From NCBI GenBank assembly GCA_965247585.1, contig CBDFHC010000004.1, positions 66,554-130,553 of the forward strand: DNA of 64,000 nucleotides, in the 5' to 3' direction. Shown here in pieces: positions 36,568 to 45,688 of this stretch. Position numbers and translations under genes: made by a program. Origin of the DNA: Dehalococcoidia bacterium (GTDB lineage Bacteria; Chloroflexota; Dehalococcoidia; Lucifugimonadales; GCA-2712585). A model generated the notes under the pieces. The model ran no database searches. It was given only the letters and a program-made list of their open reading frames with translations, and had not been told where the DNA came from. Every line of letters starts with the position of its first letter. Within the stretch, counting starts at the first letter, position 1.

Positions 36568-37974
36568 TTAGTCCACGGGGGGGCGGCGGTAGCCGCCGAT
36601 GCGGTCTTCCAGGGCTTTGGCGGCGCGGAGGACGGTTAGCTCATCAAAGTGGCGGCCGACGAGCTGGACGCCGATGGGGAGGCCATCAGAGCTCATGCCG
36701 AAGGGCACCGACATGGCGGGGGAGCCGGTGAGGTCCCAGGGCATGGTGGCACGGAGGGCGTGTCGGCTGGGCATCTCTTGCCCCTCGATGGAGAAGCTCC
36801 GCTGCTCGTGGGGGTAGGCGGGCATGGGGACTGTGGGGCAGAGGAAGAGGTCATAGCGGGTGAACCATTCGGCGACACCTTGCTTTAGGGCGTCCCATTT
36901 CAGGTTGGCCTCAAGGTAGTCGTTGAAGTCTTGGGGCGGGCTTTCTACGTAGCGGGTGCGGAGGAGGTTAGTGAGGTCCGCCTCGCGGCCCTGGACGATA
37001 GGCAGCAGGGCCTGCTTGCCCTCGGTGAGGTAGGTGACGGAGGAGATGAAGCTGGAATCGTTCTCCAGCATGGCAGGAATTTCAGTCTGCTCCACACTGA
37101 GGCCGGCGTCTTTCAGCGCCTGGGCGGCCTGGGCGACGGCCTGCTGAACCTCTGGGTCGGTGGGCAGGCCCATGGTGGGACTCCAGCCGACCTTGAGGCC
37201 GGAAAGCGAGACGTCCAGGTCCATATAGTCGGGGACTGGGACGGGGGGAGCGAAGGTATCGAGGCCGTCAGGGCCGGCGGTGATGGAAAGCTCCAGGGCG
37301 ACGTCGGCGACGGTGCGGGCCATGGGGCCGACGTGGATGGCGCGGAGGATGGCCTGGGGGAGGATGTGGGTGTAGGGGACGCGTCCCAGGGTGGGCTTGA
37401 GGCCGGCGAGGCCGCAGAAGGAGGCGGGCTGCCGGATGGAGCCGCCCAGGTCAGTGCCGACGCCCAGGGGGGAGAGGCCGCAGGCGAGGGCGGAAGCCTC
37501 GCCGCCGCTTGAGCCGCCCGTGGTTCGAGCCGGGTCCCAGGGGTTGGGGGTGAGGCCCCAGAGGAGGTTATCGGTCTGCCACCAGAGGGCGAACTCAGGC
37601 ATGTTGGTCTTGCCCAGGAGTATGCCGCCAGCGTTCTTAAGGCGGGTGTAGAGGGTAGCGTCGACGTCGGAGACGTACTCGTCGAAGAGCCTGGAGCCCA
37701 GGGTGGTGCGCATACCGGCCACCTGTACGCAGTCCTTCAGCGTGTAGGGGACACCATGGAGAGGGCCGAGGTTGTCGCCGCGCATAAGGGCGGCCTCGGC
37801 TTCTTTCGCCTGTGACAAAGGGTCTTCGGCGAAGATGACGATAGCGTTGAGCCTGGCGTTCAGGGCGTCAATGCGGTCGAGATGGGCCTGGACGACTTCG
37901 ACAGGAGAGAGCTGTTTGGTTCGAATCTTTTGGGCCAGCTCAACGGCGGGGGTGTAGTGGATTTCCTGAGTCAT
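36568..37974 (-). CDS. Amidase (amidase-signature family), copy 5
   Basis: 468 aa. Motifs YTLKDCVQVAG, GGSSGGEASALACG, GTDLGGSIRQPA. SD aaaggag. Its start lies 16 nt downstream of the soxB-like stop, so it is probably the last gene of the amine-oxidation cluster. Confidence 0.9.
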   Translation of the reverse strand: MTQEIHYTPAVELAQKIRTKQLSPVEVVQAHLDRIDALNARLNAIVIFAEDPLSQAKEAEAALMRGDNLGPLHGVPYTLKDCVQVAGMRTTLGSRLFDEYVSDVDATLYTRLKNAGGILLGKTNMPEFALWWQTDNLLWGLTPNPWDPARTTGGSSGGEASALACGLSPLGVGTDLGGSIRQPASFCGLAGLKPTLGRVPYTHILPQAILRAIHVGPMARTVADVALELSITAGPDGLDTFAPPVPVPDYMDLDVSLSGLKVGWSPTMGLPTDPEVQQAVAQAAQALKDAGLSVEQTEIPAMLENDSSFISSVTYLTEGKQALLPIVQGREADLTNLLRTRYVESPPQDFNDYLEANLKWDALKQGVAEWFTRYDLFLCPTVPMPAYPHEQRSFSIEGQEMPSRHALRATMPWDLTGSPAMSVPFGMSSDGLPIGVQLVGRHFDELTVLRAAKALEDRIGGYRRPPVD

Positions 37975-37989
37975 GGTTGCTCCTTTGGG

Positions 37990-39207
37990 TTAGTGGAGGG
38001 CGGCGGAGGAAGCGGCGCCTTTTTCGTTGACGAGACGGGAGTCGTCGAAGCGGGTGATATCGAAGGGCTTGATGAGGTCAGGGGTCTTGCCGGTGTCTAT
38101 AAGCTCGGCCATGGACTTGCCGGCGATGGGGCCGGACTTGAAGCCGTAGGTGCCCCAGCCGCAATTGAGGAGAAAGCCATCAATGCCGGGGACGGGCCCC
38201 ATGATAGGGGCGTAGTCCGGGGTCATGTCACATAGGCCGGTCCAGTGTCGAAGGACGTTGACCTTAGAAAGGGAGGGGAACATCTTGAGGGCGTGGGAGA
38301 CGAGATCTTCCAGCCGAGGGTGGGTAGACCTGACATTGTAGGCGGGGTAGTGGTCCACCGCGCCGCCGACCACCAGCTCGCCGCGGTCTGTCTGGTAGAC
38401 GTAGACGTGGAGGTTGGTGGAGGAGACGCCGGTCTTCAAGAAGGGTTTGAGGGGCTCAGTGACGAACGCCTGGAGGGGGTGGGTGACGATGGGGAGCTGG
38501 ATGTCCAGCATGGCGGCGATGGTAGATGACCAGGCGGCGGTGCAGTTGAGGACGACGCCGGCCTGAACATCGCCGCGGCTGGTGTGGACGCCGGTGACGC
38601 GGCCGTTGCTTCGGAGAAAGCCGGTGACCTCGGTGTGGGGGTGCACCTGGGCGCCCATTGCGTCGACGGCGCGGGCATAGCCCCAGACCACGGCGTCGTG
38701 GCGGATGACGCCGGCGGGGGGGTGGTAGAGGGCGGCCAGCACCGGGAGGTCCTGGCCCTCCCGCATGTCCAGCGGGGGGGCCATACGCTTGATTTCATCG
38801 GGGCCGATAATTCGGCTATCCACACCCATGGCGCGGTTGAACTCGGCGCGGATTCGGGCGGCGTAGATGGCGGACTCGGTGTGTGCCAGCTCCAGTCTGC
38901 CGAACTGGCTGAAAAGGAGGTTGTAGTCCAGCTCCTGGGCCAGGTCTTCGTAGAGCTTAAGACTCTCGTAGAAGAAGGGGATGCCCTGAGGAGTGACGTA
39001 GGTGGCGCGGAGGATGGCAGTGGAGCGGGCACTGGCGCCGCCGCCCAGGTAGCCCTTGTCCAGGAGGGCGACGTTGGTGATGCCGCGCTTGGCGAGGTAG
39101 AAGGCGGTGGCGAGGCCGTGGACGCCAGCGCCGATTATGAGAACGTCATAGTGACCTTTCAGGTCGTGGTGGCGCCACATTTTCTCTTTTCTAAATAGGC
39201 GGAACAT
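37990..39207 (-). CDS. soxB: Sarcosine oxidase beta-subunit family FAD oxidoreductase (N-methylglutamate dehydrogenase MgdA-like)
   Basis: 405 aa. YDVLIIGAGVHGLATAFYLAKRGITNVALLDKGYLGGGASARSTAILRA matches the SoxB N-terminus. An alternative ATG lies 9 codons in. Confidence 0.85.
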   Translation of the reverse strand: MFRLFRKEKMWRHHDLKGHYDVLIIGAGVHGLATAFYLAKRGITNVALLDKGYLGGGASARSTAILRATYVTPQGIPFFYESLKLYEDLAQELDYNLLFSQFGRLELAHTESAIYAARIRAEFNRAMGVDSRIIGPDEIKRMAPPLDMREGQDLPVLAALYHPPAGVIRHDAVVWGYARAVDAMGAQVHPHTEVTGFLRSNGRVTGVHTSRGDVQAGVVLNCTAAWSSTIAAMLDIQLPIVTHPLQAFVTEPLKPFLKTGVSSTNLHVYVYQTDRGELVVGGAVDHYPAYNVRSTHPRLEDLVSHALKMFPSLSKVNVLRHWTGLCDMTPDYAPIMGPVPGIDGFLLNCGWGTYGFKSGPIAGKSMAELIDTGKTPDLIKPFDITRFDDSRLVNEKGAASSAALH

Positions 39208-39254
39208 GGGTTTATTGGGAGGGTCCTAACGGACCCTTTCGACCAATTCCTTCA

Positions 39255-39308
39255 AAATTCCGCCAAAGAGGGCTATGCCCTCTCCGGACTCTCCCGATTT
39301 GCTCAGAC
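39255..39308 (+). repeat. Intergenic repeat cluster 20 (degenerate B)
   Basis: ccgccaaagagggctatgccctctccggactctcccgatttgctcag. This is a hairpin-2 region related to the copy at 17097 and a tail related to 45531. It sits inside the operon, between the soxG-like and soxB-like genes. Confidence 0.7.
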
Positions 39309-39311
39309 AAT

Positions 39312-40031
39312 CTAGGTTCCATTTAGGTGGTTGATTGAATCCAGGCCGACGGGTCTGACGCCGTCCGGGGGGGCGGCGTGGAGGAGGGCATCCCAGAGGT
39401 ACTCGCCGAAGTCGCGGGTCACGTATAGCTGGAAGGCAGGGAGGCCGCCCAGGTCGTTGCGGAAGATGAGTAGATGGACCTCGGCGGCCTTGCATTGGGC
39501 GCAAGCGCCGTTTGGGAAGACGGACGGGTCAAGGTCCAGCTCCACTAGCCGGGAAAGGAAGCGATGGGAGCGAGGGCCGGCGACGAGCAAACCGGCCAAG
39601 GAGGAGGTCTGGTCCACCAGGTGGGCGCAACCGTCCAACTGTGGCTGGAGCGCTTCCGTGGCGGCATGCACCTGGGTGGGGGGAGTAAGGAGCAGGGCTT
39701 CGTCGTAGGAGAGGCCGAGGGCGGTGAGGCCGTCGATGGCGGCACCGTCGCCGGTGGGGAGGACGGCGGGCTGGGATGAGCCAACGCGCAGCGGCGCGGG
39801 GAGGCTTAGGGTTGAGGTGAGCAGGCCAAGAGCGTGGTCACCCTGGAGATCAAGCTTCCCGTAGTGGCTGATGTCACAGATGCCGCCGGAATGTTGGAGC
39901 ACTTCCAGGTCATCTTCCAGCGAGGCGTATGCGGAGGGGAGATGCCAGCCGTGGTGGTCAGCCAAGGTGGCGCCGGCGGCACGGTGGGCGTGATGCATGG
40001 CAGAGCGTTTAAGGGGTGGTGCTATGGGCAT
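39312..40031 (-). CDS. soxG: Sarcosine oxidase gamma-subunit / GcvT-like folate-binding protein (MgdD-like)
   Basis: PLKRSAMHHAHRAAGATLADHHGWHLPSAY matches the GcvT/SoxG N-terminal pattern (LKR.PL...H...GA.....GW..P..Y). I trimmed to the ATG at 40031 because the track ORF extension translates repeat C-mid. No SD is visible upstream. Confidence 0.75.
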   Translation of the reverse strand: MPIAPPLKRSAMHHAHRAAGATLADHHGWHLPSAYASLEDDLEVLQHSGGICDISHYGKLDLQGDHALGLLTSTLSLPAPLRVGSSQPAVLPTGDGAAIDGLTALGLSYDEALLLTPPTQVHAATEALQPQLDGCAHLVDQTSSLAGLLVAGPRSHRFLSRLVELDLDPSVFPNGACAQCKAAEVHLLIFRNDLGGLPAFQLYVTRDFGEYLWDALLHAAPPDGVRPVGLDSINHLNGT

Positions 40032-40040
40032 TTGTTGGCT

Positions 40041-40467
40041 CGCGGTATGGGTTCGTCCTTCGAGGGCCTCAGGATGAGCGGGTTGAAGCGGCGGTTGGGG
40101 AATAGGATTGCTCCAGATAATCGAGCGGGAGAGGGCAGGCTGGAGTGGAATGAACGACACGGGATGCCGGGGTGGGACTTGCTCTCCCCCCACACCCAGA
40201 TTCTTCGAACCTCACGGACGGACTCAGAATGACATACAAACTGTCTGGAGCGTGGATATGGTGACGCGGGAAGGGTTAAGGGAGCCGTAGGGGATTTTAT
40301 CGAGGCAATCGGCCATGGCGATGGGGATAGCCACGACGAAGGACTGCAAATCACAGGTTGGTGGTGCCCACCCACCCGCCCAGGGAGGTTTCTAAAAGTT
40401 TTTCTGAGGGACACCCTCAGACTCCCGGCAGCCACCACCCAGGTCCCCTGCACCCTCCTGTGCGGCG
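40041..40467 (+). repeat. Intergenic repeat cluster 21 (C-mid, C-left, A, B) inside the operon
   Basis: C-mid 40041-40092, beginning 10 nt upstream of the soxG-like ATG. C-left 40175-40240, A 40313-40392, B 40399-40467 (arm-less hairpin-2 variant). Confidence 0.9.
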
Positions 40468-40503
40468 GTATGGATTGGAAGGGGACGGGGGTAATCATTG
40501 GGT

Positions 40504-43428
40504 TCATTCGCGGAGACGCTTCCCTTCGGGGTCGTAGGCGGGAGCGTCGCGGACGGTGGCGGGAGCGGTGCGGCCGTTGACCTGGATTTGCAGGGTGGTG
40601 CCATCTTCGGCCATATCGGCTGGCACCCAGGCCAGGCCGAATCCTTTGCCCAGGGTGGAGCTGAAGCGGGAACTGGTGACTTTGCCGACGGGTAGGCCAT
40701 CTTTCATTATAGGAACGCCGTCGGCGGGGATTTCGCCGTTGTCCATGACGAAGCCTACCAGCTTGTCGCGCAGGCCGCGGTCCTGGACGGCCTTGAGGGC
40801 GCTGCGACCGATAAAGTCTTCCTTATCGAAGCGGACGGCCCAGGACATGTCGGCCTCGAGGGGGTTGGAGACGACGTCGGTGTCCTGGCCAGGGATGATG
40901 TGCTTCTTCTCGAGGCGGAGGACGCGCTGGGCCTCGACGCCGAAGGGCATGATGCCGAACTCGCCTCCGGCGTCCATGAGGGCGTCCCAGAGGTGTTCAC
41001 CGTATTCCGAGGGGACGTGAATCTCCCAGCCGGTCTCGCCGACGAAGCCGATGCGCATCAGGATGGCAGGGACGCCGGCAACCTCCCCCGATGCGCTGCT
41101 CATGTAGCGGAAGGCGTCGGTGGTGAGGTCGACATCTGTGAGCTTGCGGAGGGTGTCCCGGGCGTTGGGGCCGGCGACGTTGATGGCGGCGAACCCCGGG
41201 GTGAGGTTGGTGACGTGGACGCACTTGCCGGTGCCCGCGCTCCACCAGCGGAACCACTGCTCCACCAAGTCTATGTTGCCGGTGCCGGTGGTGACGTAGT
41301 AGCGGTCCTCGGCCAGACGAGTGACGGTGCCATCGTCCAGGATGACGCCGGCGTCTGAGCAGATCATTCCGTAGCGGACCCTACCGACGCGCAGGTTAGA
41401 GAAGTGGTGGGTGTAGACCCGGTCCATGAGCCAGGGGGCGTCCTGTCCCTGGACGTCCAGCTTCCCCAAGGTGCTGACGTCAATGATGCCGACGCGCTCC
41501 CTAACGGCGCGGATTTCGTCTTCGGGAGGGCCGTAGGAGTGGGGGCGTTTCCACTCGCCGATCTCCACCATTTTGGCGCCCATCTCGACGTGGCGGTGAT
41601 GGATTGCGGTGAAGCGGAAGGGGAGGTGACCAGGCCCGGCGATGACGCCCATGGGCACGGGCTGGGCCGGTGGCCGGGAGGTGGTGGCGCCGGTGTCCGC
41701 CATGGACCTGCCAGTATCCACGGCGCAGATGCCGGCGAAGGCCTTGAGGCACATTTTGCCCTGGCAAGGCCCCATGGAGGTGGTGCTGTAACGTTTGAGG
41801 GTCTGAACCTCGTCGAAACCCTCCTCGATGGCCCAGTGGAGGTCTTTTTCGGTGACGTCCTCACAGACGCAGACGAATTTTTTACCCTGGGACTCAGGGA
41901 CAACGAGGTTGTGGCCAGCGGACAGGTTGGTGCGGTAGCTCCGCACCTTGTCAGATAGCTCGGCTTGTAAGGTGGCAAGCTCCTCGGCGGCGTGGCCGTC
42001 AGGGCCGTTTGCCAGGACAGAAAGGGCTTGGAGAGCTGCCAGCTTCCCCTGGCTGATGGCGATGTCAACGTTATGTATGCCGGTGACCTCTCCGGCGGCG
42101 TAAAGGCCGTCCTCCAAGAGGTGCGGAACGGACTCCCCAAGAAGGTCGTCATAGGCGAGGCGAGAGTCGCCCTGGGCGATGAGGGCGGTGGCGGGGTCGA
42201 AGCCGGCAGCGACGGCGATGAAATCGCAGCGGACGGTGGTCTGATCGCCAGTGAGCGCGCCGTCGTCGAGGCGAGCCAGAAGCGCCGCCGAAACACGCTT
42301 GACGCCGCGAGGCCGCCGGATGGTGTAGGGGGCGAGAACATCAACGCCGCGGGCGCGAAGGTCGTCTCGAAGCTGGGAGGGAACGTCGGGCGAACGGGAG
42401 TCGGCGACGGCGGAGACGGTGACACCGGCGTCGAGTAGCTCCAGGGCGGTTGCGAGACCCTGGTCATTGTTGGTGACGACGACGCCACGGCGACCGGGGG
42501 AGACGCCGTAGAGGTTGACCAACCTGAGGGCGGCGGAGCTGAGGATGATGCCCGGTATGTCGTTGTTGGGGAAGACCAACGGGACTTCCTGTGTGCCGGT
42601 GGCGACGACCAGGCTCTTGAAGCGGAGCTTGACCATCTCGGCGCCGCAGTTGACGCCCAGCAAGTTGCCTTCATAGAGGCCGTAGGCGGAGGCGTTGGAA
42701 AGGAGGGTGAGGTTGGGGAGGTCTTGCAACTGTTGGGCCAAGCGTCGGGCGATTTTATATCCCGGTTCGCCGCCGTGGTCACCAGCATCGGTGACGGGGC
42801 GGGTTAGGGCGAGGAGGTGACCGCCGATGGACGGCTGGTCGTCTATGAGGACGACGCGGAGGCCGCCGGTGGCGGCCTGGAGGGCGGCGGCGCAGCCGGC
42901 GGGGCCGCCGCCGACGACTGCTACGTCAGTGAAGAGGTTCCGGTTCTGGTACCCGGTCTCGTCCCGGGTGTCTGGACCAACTTTGCCGAGGCCGGCGAGA
43001 CGGCGGATGACGGGCTCGGCCAGGCGCCAGAGGAATTTAGGCTTGATGAGGGTCTTGTAGTAGAAGCCAACGGGGAGGAAGCGGTCCATGCGGTCGAGGA
43101 ACGAAAGGGCATCATGCTCCGGGGATGGCCAGGCGTTCTGGTGGTGAACCAGGGCGCCCTGTTCGGCGGTACGGGTACAGGTCCGGACGTTGGGCGTACC
43201 GTCCACGTTCATGAGGCAGTTGGGACATCGACCGGTGCAGCAGAGCGGCCCGCGGGGGCGGTGGTACTTGAAGCTTCGGCTGAGGATGTCTATACCGGAG
43301 GCGTACAGGGCGGAGGCGATGGTGTCGCCATGGAAGGCGGAAACAGACTTGCGGTTGTAGGAGAAGGTGACGACCTGGGAGCGGTCAATAGCCTGGGAAG
43401 GATGAGGGGGCAGCCGGTAGCCTGTCAT
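40504..43428 (-). CDS. soxA: Sarcosine oxidase alpha-subunit family protein (MgdC-like)
   Basis: 974 aa. N-terminal Cys cluster (CCTGRCPNCLMNVDGTPNVRTC), a central FAD/NAD Rossmann region (VAVVGGGPAGCAAAL) and a C-terminal GcvT-like aminomethyltransferase domain. Confidence 0.9.
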   Translation of the reverse strand: MTGYRLPPHPSQAIDRSQVVTFSYNRKSVSAFHGDTIASALYASGIDILSRSFKYHRPRGPLCCTGRCPNCLMNVDGTPNVRTCTRTAEQGALVHHQNAWPSPEHDALSFLDRMDRFLPVGFYYKTLIKPKFLWRLAEPVIRRLAGLGKVGPDTRDETGYQNRNLFTDVAVVGGGPAGCAAALQAATGGLRVVLIDDQPSIGGHLLALTRPVTDAGDHGGEPGYKIARRLAQQLQDLPNLTLLSNASAYGLYEGNLLGVNCGAEMVKLRFKSLVVATGTQEVPLVFPNNDIPGIILSSAALRLVNLYGVSPGRRGVVVTNNDQGLATALELLDAGVTVSAVADSRSPDVPSQLRDDLRARGVDVLAPYTIRRPRGVKRVSAALLARLDDGALTGDQTTVRCDFIAVAAGFDPATALIAQGDSRLAYDDLLGESVPHLLEDGLYAAGEVTGIHNVDIAISQGKLAALQALSVLANGPDGHAAEELATLQAELSDKVRSYRTNLSAGHNLVVPESQGKKFVCVCEDVTEKDLHWAIEEGFDEVQTLKRYSTTSMGPCQGKMCLKAFAGICAVDTGRSMADTGATTSRPPAQPVPMGVIAGPGHLPFRFTAIHHRHVEMGAKMVEIGEWKRPHSYGPPEDEIRAVRERVGIIDVSTLGKLDVQGQDAPWLMDRVYTHHFSNLRVGRVRYGMICSDAGVILDDGTVTRLAEDRYYVTTGTGNIDLVEQWFRWWSAGTGKCVHVTNLTPGFAAINVAGPNARDTLRKLTDVDLTTDAFRYMSSASGEVAGVPAILMRIGFVGETGWEIHVPSEYGEHLWDALMDAGGEFGIMPFGVEAQRVLRLEKKHIIPGQDTDVVSNPLEADMSWAVRFDKEDFIGRSALKAVQDRGLRDKLVGFVMDNGEIPADGVPIMKDGLPVGKVTSSRFSSTLGKGFGLAWVPADMAEDGTTLQIQVNGRTAPATVRDAPAYDPEGKRLRE

Positions 43429-43435
43429 TGTGCGG

Positions 43436-43699
43436 TCAGGCGTCCAGGCCCTGAGGCCAGAAGGTGCGGTCTATGCGGTTGGTGACGGAGTCTCGGTCCG
43501 CCATGAGCCAGCGGCGGCAGCCGTACTTGTGGTACCACCACTCGCACTGGACCGCAGCTTGGTTGGCGCGGTAGTAGAAGTATTTGGTCCAAGTATCCTC
43601 GGGAGCGTCAGGGGCAGGGCGGGTCTGGACCTCGCCGCCGAAGGTGAAGTCATAGGCGCTGCGTTCGCCGCAGTTGGGACAGGTGAGCAAGAAGGCCAG
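43436..43699 (-). CDS. soxD: Sarcosine oxidase delta-subunit family protein (MgdB-like)
   Basis: LLTCPNCGERSAYDFTFGGE matches the SoxD zinc-ribbon N-terminus (CP.CG.R...EF.Y.G). I propose a CTG start at 43699, 6 nt after SD aggaga. The track ORF (to 43780) would overlap the upstream gene's 3' end by 64 nt. The start codon is uncertain. Confidence 0.7.
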   Translation of the reverse strand: MAFLLTCPNCGERSAYDFTFGGEVQTRPAPDAPEDTWTKYFYYRANQAAVQCEWWYHKYGCRRWLMADRDSVTNRIDRTFWPQGLDA

Positions 43700-43716
43700 G
43701 GGTTGTCTCCTGTGCC

Positions 43717-45075
43717 CTAAAAGAGGGTGAGGTAGCGGTCGATTTCCCAGGTGGAGACCTGGCGATGGTAGTCGCGCCACTCCTGCTCTTTCAAGGCGGC
43801 AAACTCGTCGTAGATGGGACCTAGGGCGCTCTGCACCACGGGGTCACCGCGCAGCTCCTGAAGCGACTCTTGGAGGCTCTGAGGGAGGAGCCGAATGCCG
43901 CGGCGCTGGATTTCGTCCAAGTCCAGGGCGTAGAGATTGCCCAGATTGGCCGCTCCGGGGTCCAGCTTGCGCTGAACGCCGTCCAGCCCGGCGGTGAGGT
44001 AGGCGGCGAAGGCGAGATAGGGGTTGCAGCCAGCGGAGATGGTGCGGTCTTCCAGGTGGCCGGGGCCGGCGGTACGGATCATCTGGGTGCGGTTGTTGTC
44101 GCCATAAGAGATGAAGGCTGGGGTCCAGAGGAAGCCGGAGCGAGAGCCCATGAGGGCAGGACCCACCTGGAGGCGTTTGTAGCAGTTTACAGTTGGGGAG
44201 TTGACGGCGCAGAGGGCAGGAGCGTGGTCCAGGATGCCGCCGATGAAGTGGTAGGCGGTCTGGGAAAGGCCCAAGCCCTGGGGATCGTTGTCGTCCAGGA
44301 ATAGGTTGTCGCCGGTTTCAGCGTCGGCGACGTGGAAGTGGATGTGGCCGGCGCTGCCGGTGCGGTTGGCGAAGGGCTTGGGCATGTGGGTGGCGATGGC
44401 GCCGAATTTTCGCGCCACCTGGCTAGTCATCATTTTAAAGAAGGTGTAACGATCGGCGGTGACCAGGGCGTCAGCGTAGTGGAAATTGATCTCATACTGG
44501 CCATTGGCGTCCTCATGGTCCGACTGGTATACGCCCCAGCCCAGGCCATTAAGACCGTCCATCATCTCCCGGAGATAACCCATGACGCCGGAGATGCCTT
44601 TAAAGTCATAGCAGGGTTTTTCCAGGGAGTCGGTATCGGCGGGGTCCCAGACGGAGATACCGCCGTTGCCGTCCCGGGTGACGAGAAAATGCTCTGGCTC
44701 AATGCCTACGTTGAAGACGAAGCCCCGGGCACGCGCATCAGAAAGGACGCGCTTCAAGTTCTGGCGGGGGCAGTAGGGGTGTGGAGCGTCGTCCACGAAG
44801 AGGTCGCTGGCGAAGCGGGCCACCTGGGGGTCCCAGGGAAGAGGGGTGTAGGTGTTTAGGTCGACGCGGGCCACCATGTCATGGGAGTGGGGCCCCTGGC
44901 CCATGCCGTGGAGCGCGCCGCCGGCGAAACCGGCGCCGGAATCAATAACGTCATCGAAGTGGGCGACGGGAACGAGCTTGACCTTGGGTGCGCCGTGGAT
45001 ATCGACGAACTGGGTGAGGAGGTATTCGACGCCGTCGTCATTCATCTGACGTCGGAGTTCTTCTCTGGTGGGCAT
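43717..45075 (-). CDS. Glutamine synthetase family protein, gamma-glutamylmethylamide synthetase (GmaS)-like
   Basis: 452 aa with a GS catalytic-domain pattern. It sits between the NMG-synthase-like genes and the sarcosine-oxidase-like genes, as in known N-methylglutamate pathway clusters. Confidence 0.75.
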   Translation of the reverse strand: MPTREELRRQMNDDGVEYLLTQFVDIHGAPKVKLVPVAHFDDVIDSGAGFAGGALHGMGQGPHSHDMVARVDLNTYTPLPWDPQVARFASDLFVDDAPHPYCPRQNLKRVLSDARARGFVFNVGIEPEHFLVTRDGNGGISVWDPADTDSLEKPCYDFKGISGVMGYLREMMDGLNGLGWGVYQSDHEDANGQYEINFHYADALVTADRYTFFKMMTSQVARKFGAIATHMPKPFANRTGSAGHIHFHVADAETGDNLFLDDNDPQGLGLSQTAYHFIGGILDHAPALCAVNSPTVNCYKRLQVGPALMGSRSGFLWTPAFISYGDNNRTQMIRTAGPGHLEDRTISAGCNPYLAFAAYLTAGLDGVQRKLDPGAANLGNLYALDLDEIQRRGIRLLPQSLQESLQELRGDPVVQSALGPIYDEFAALKEQEWRDYHRQVSTWEIDRYLTLF

Positions 45076-45136
45076 GGTAGTTAGGGTCCCTCCCTTCTGC
45101 CTAGGCTGAGGTTTGTTGATGAACCTTGGAGGTGAG

Positions 45137-45545
45137 CAAGGTGCTCTCGCACCTTATCGACCATCCCCCTAACCCTCTTCCTGTCCAGGAAGGGGGAAGA
45201 AAAACGAATTCTCTGAGGGACACCCTCAGACTCCCGGCAGGGAACCCAGGTTCCCTGCACCCTTCTAGATTATCAACGGGGTCAAGTTACTTTAGAATTG
45301 TCGCACTCTTAATCCTAGGTTTCGGCAAGGTGCTATCGCACCTTATCGACCATCCCCCTGACCCTCTTCCCGGCAGGGAACCCCTCTCTTAATCCTAGGT
45401 TTCGGCAAGGTGCTATCGCACCTTATCGACCATCCCCCTGACCCTCTTCCTGTCCAGGAAGGGGGAAGAAAAACGAATTCTCTGAGGGACACCCTCAGAC
45501 TCCCAGCAGAAGGGCTCTGCCCCTCTGCACTCTCCGATTTGCTGC
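45137..45545 (+). repeat. Intergenic repeat cluster 22 (E, E2, B, tandem E x2, E2, B) inside the operon
   Basis: E copies at 45137-45181, 45327-45370 and 45407-45450. A near-perfect 80-bp tandem unit sits at 45306-45370 and 45386-45450. B 45208-45272 (cagggaaccc class) and B 45476-45545 (cagaagggc class). Confidence 0.9.
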
Positions 45546-45688
45546 TCCACAGTACCTGAATAGTGCAATTCTCGAGGGGATTGGTCATGGTGCAGGGTAT
45601 CGGAGGCACAGAGGACCGAAGACTTTCAAAGGGCTTATGCGGTTGATCATTGCTATCAATACAACAATAGTTACGGAGCGAAGCGAGG

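Noticed and set aside
40313-40392. Module A as a tRNA or tRNA-derived element (contains ggactgcaaatc, resembling a Cys anticodon loop)
   Set aside because: I could not fold a cloverleaf. The flanking pentamers do not pair as an anticodon stem, there is no GTTCGAATC-type T-loop, and no acceptor stem.
41364-42788. 474-aa alternative-frame minus-strand ORF inside the soxA-like gene
   Set aside because: It is a same-strand shifted frame of a gene with strong SoxA motifs. The product is S/P/T/A-rich with no family pattern.
43700-43780. Longer version of the SoxD-like ORF starting at 43780
   Set aside because: It would overlap the 3' end of the GS-like gene by 64 nt and would add a P/L/H-rich N-terminus not found in SoxD proteins. 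An SD (aggaga) sits just before the CTG at 43699.
45137-45545. Possible CRISPR array suggested by the regularly spaced E repeats
   Set aside because: There are only two or three repeat units. The so-called spacers are themselves other repeat modules. The period comes from an 80-bp tandem duplication, and no cas genes or leader are present.
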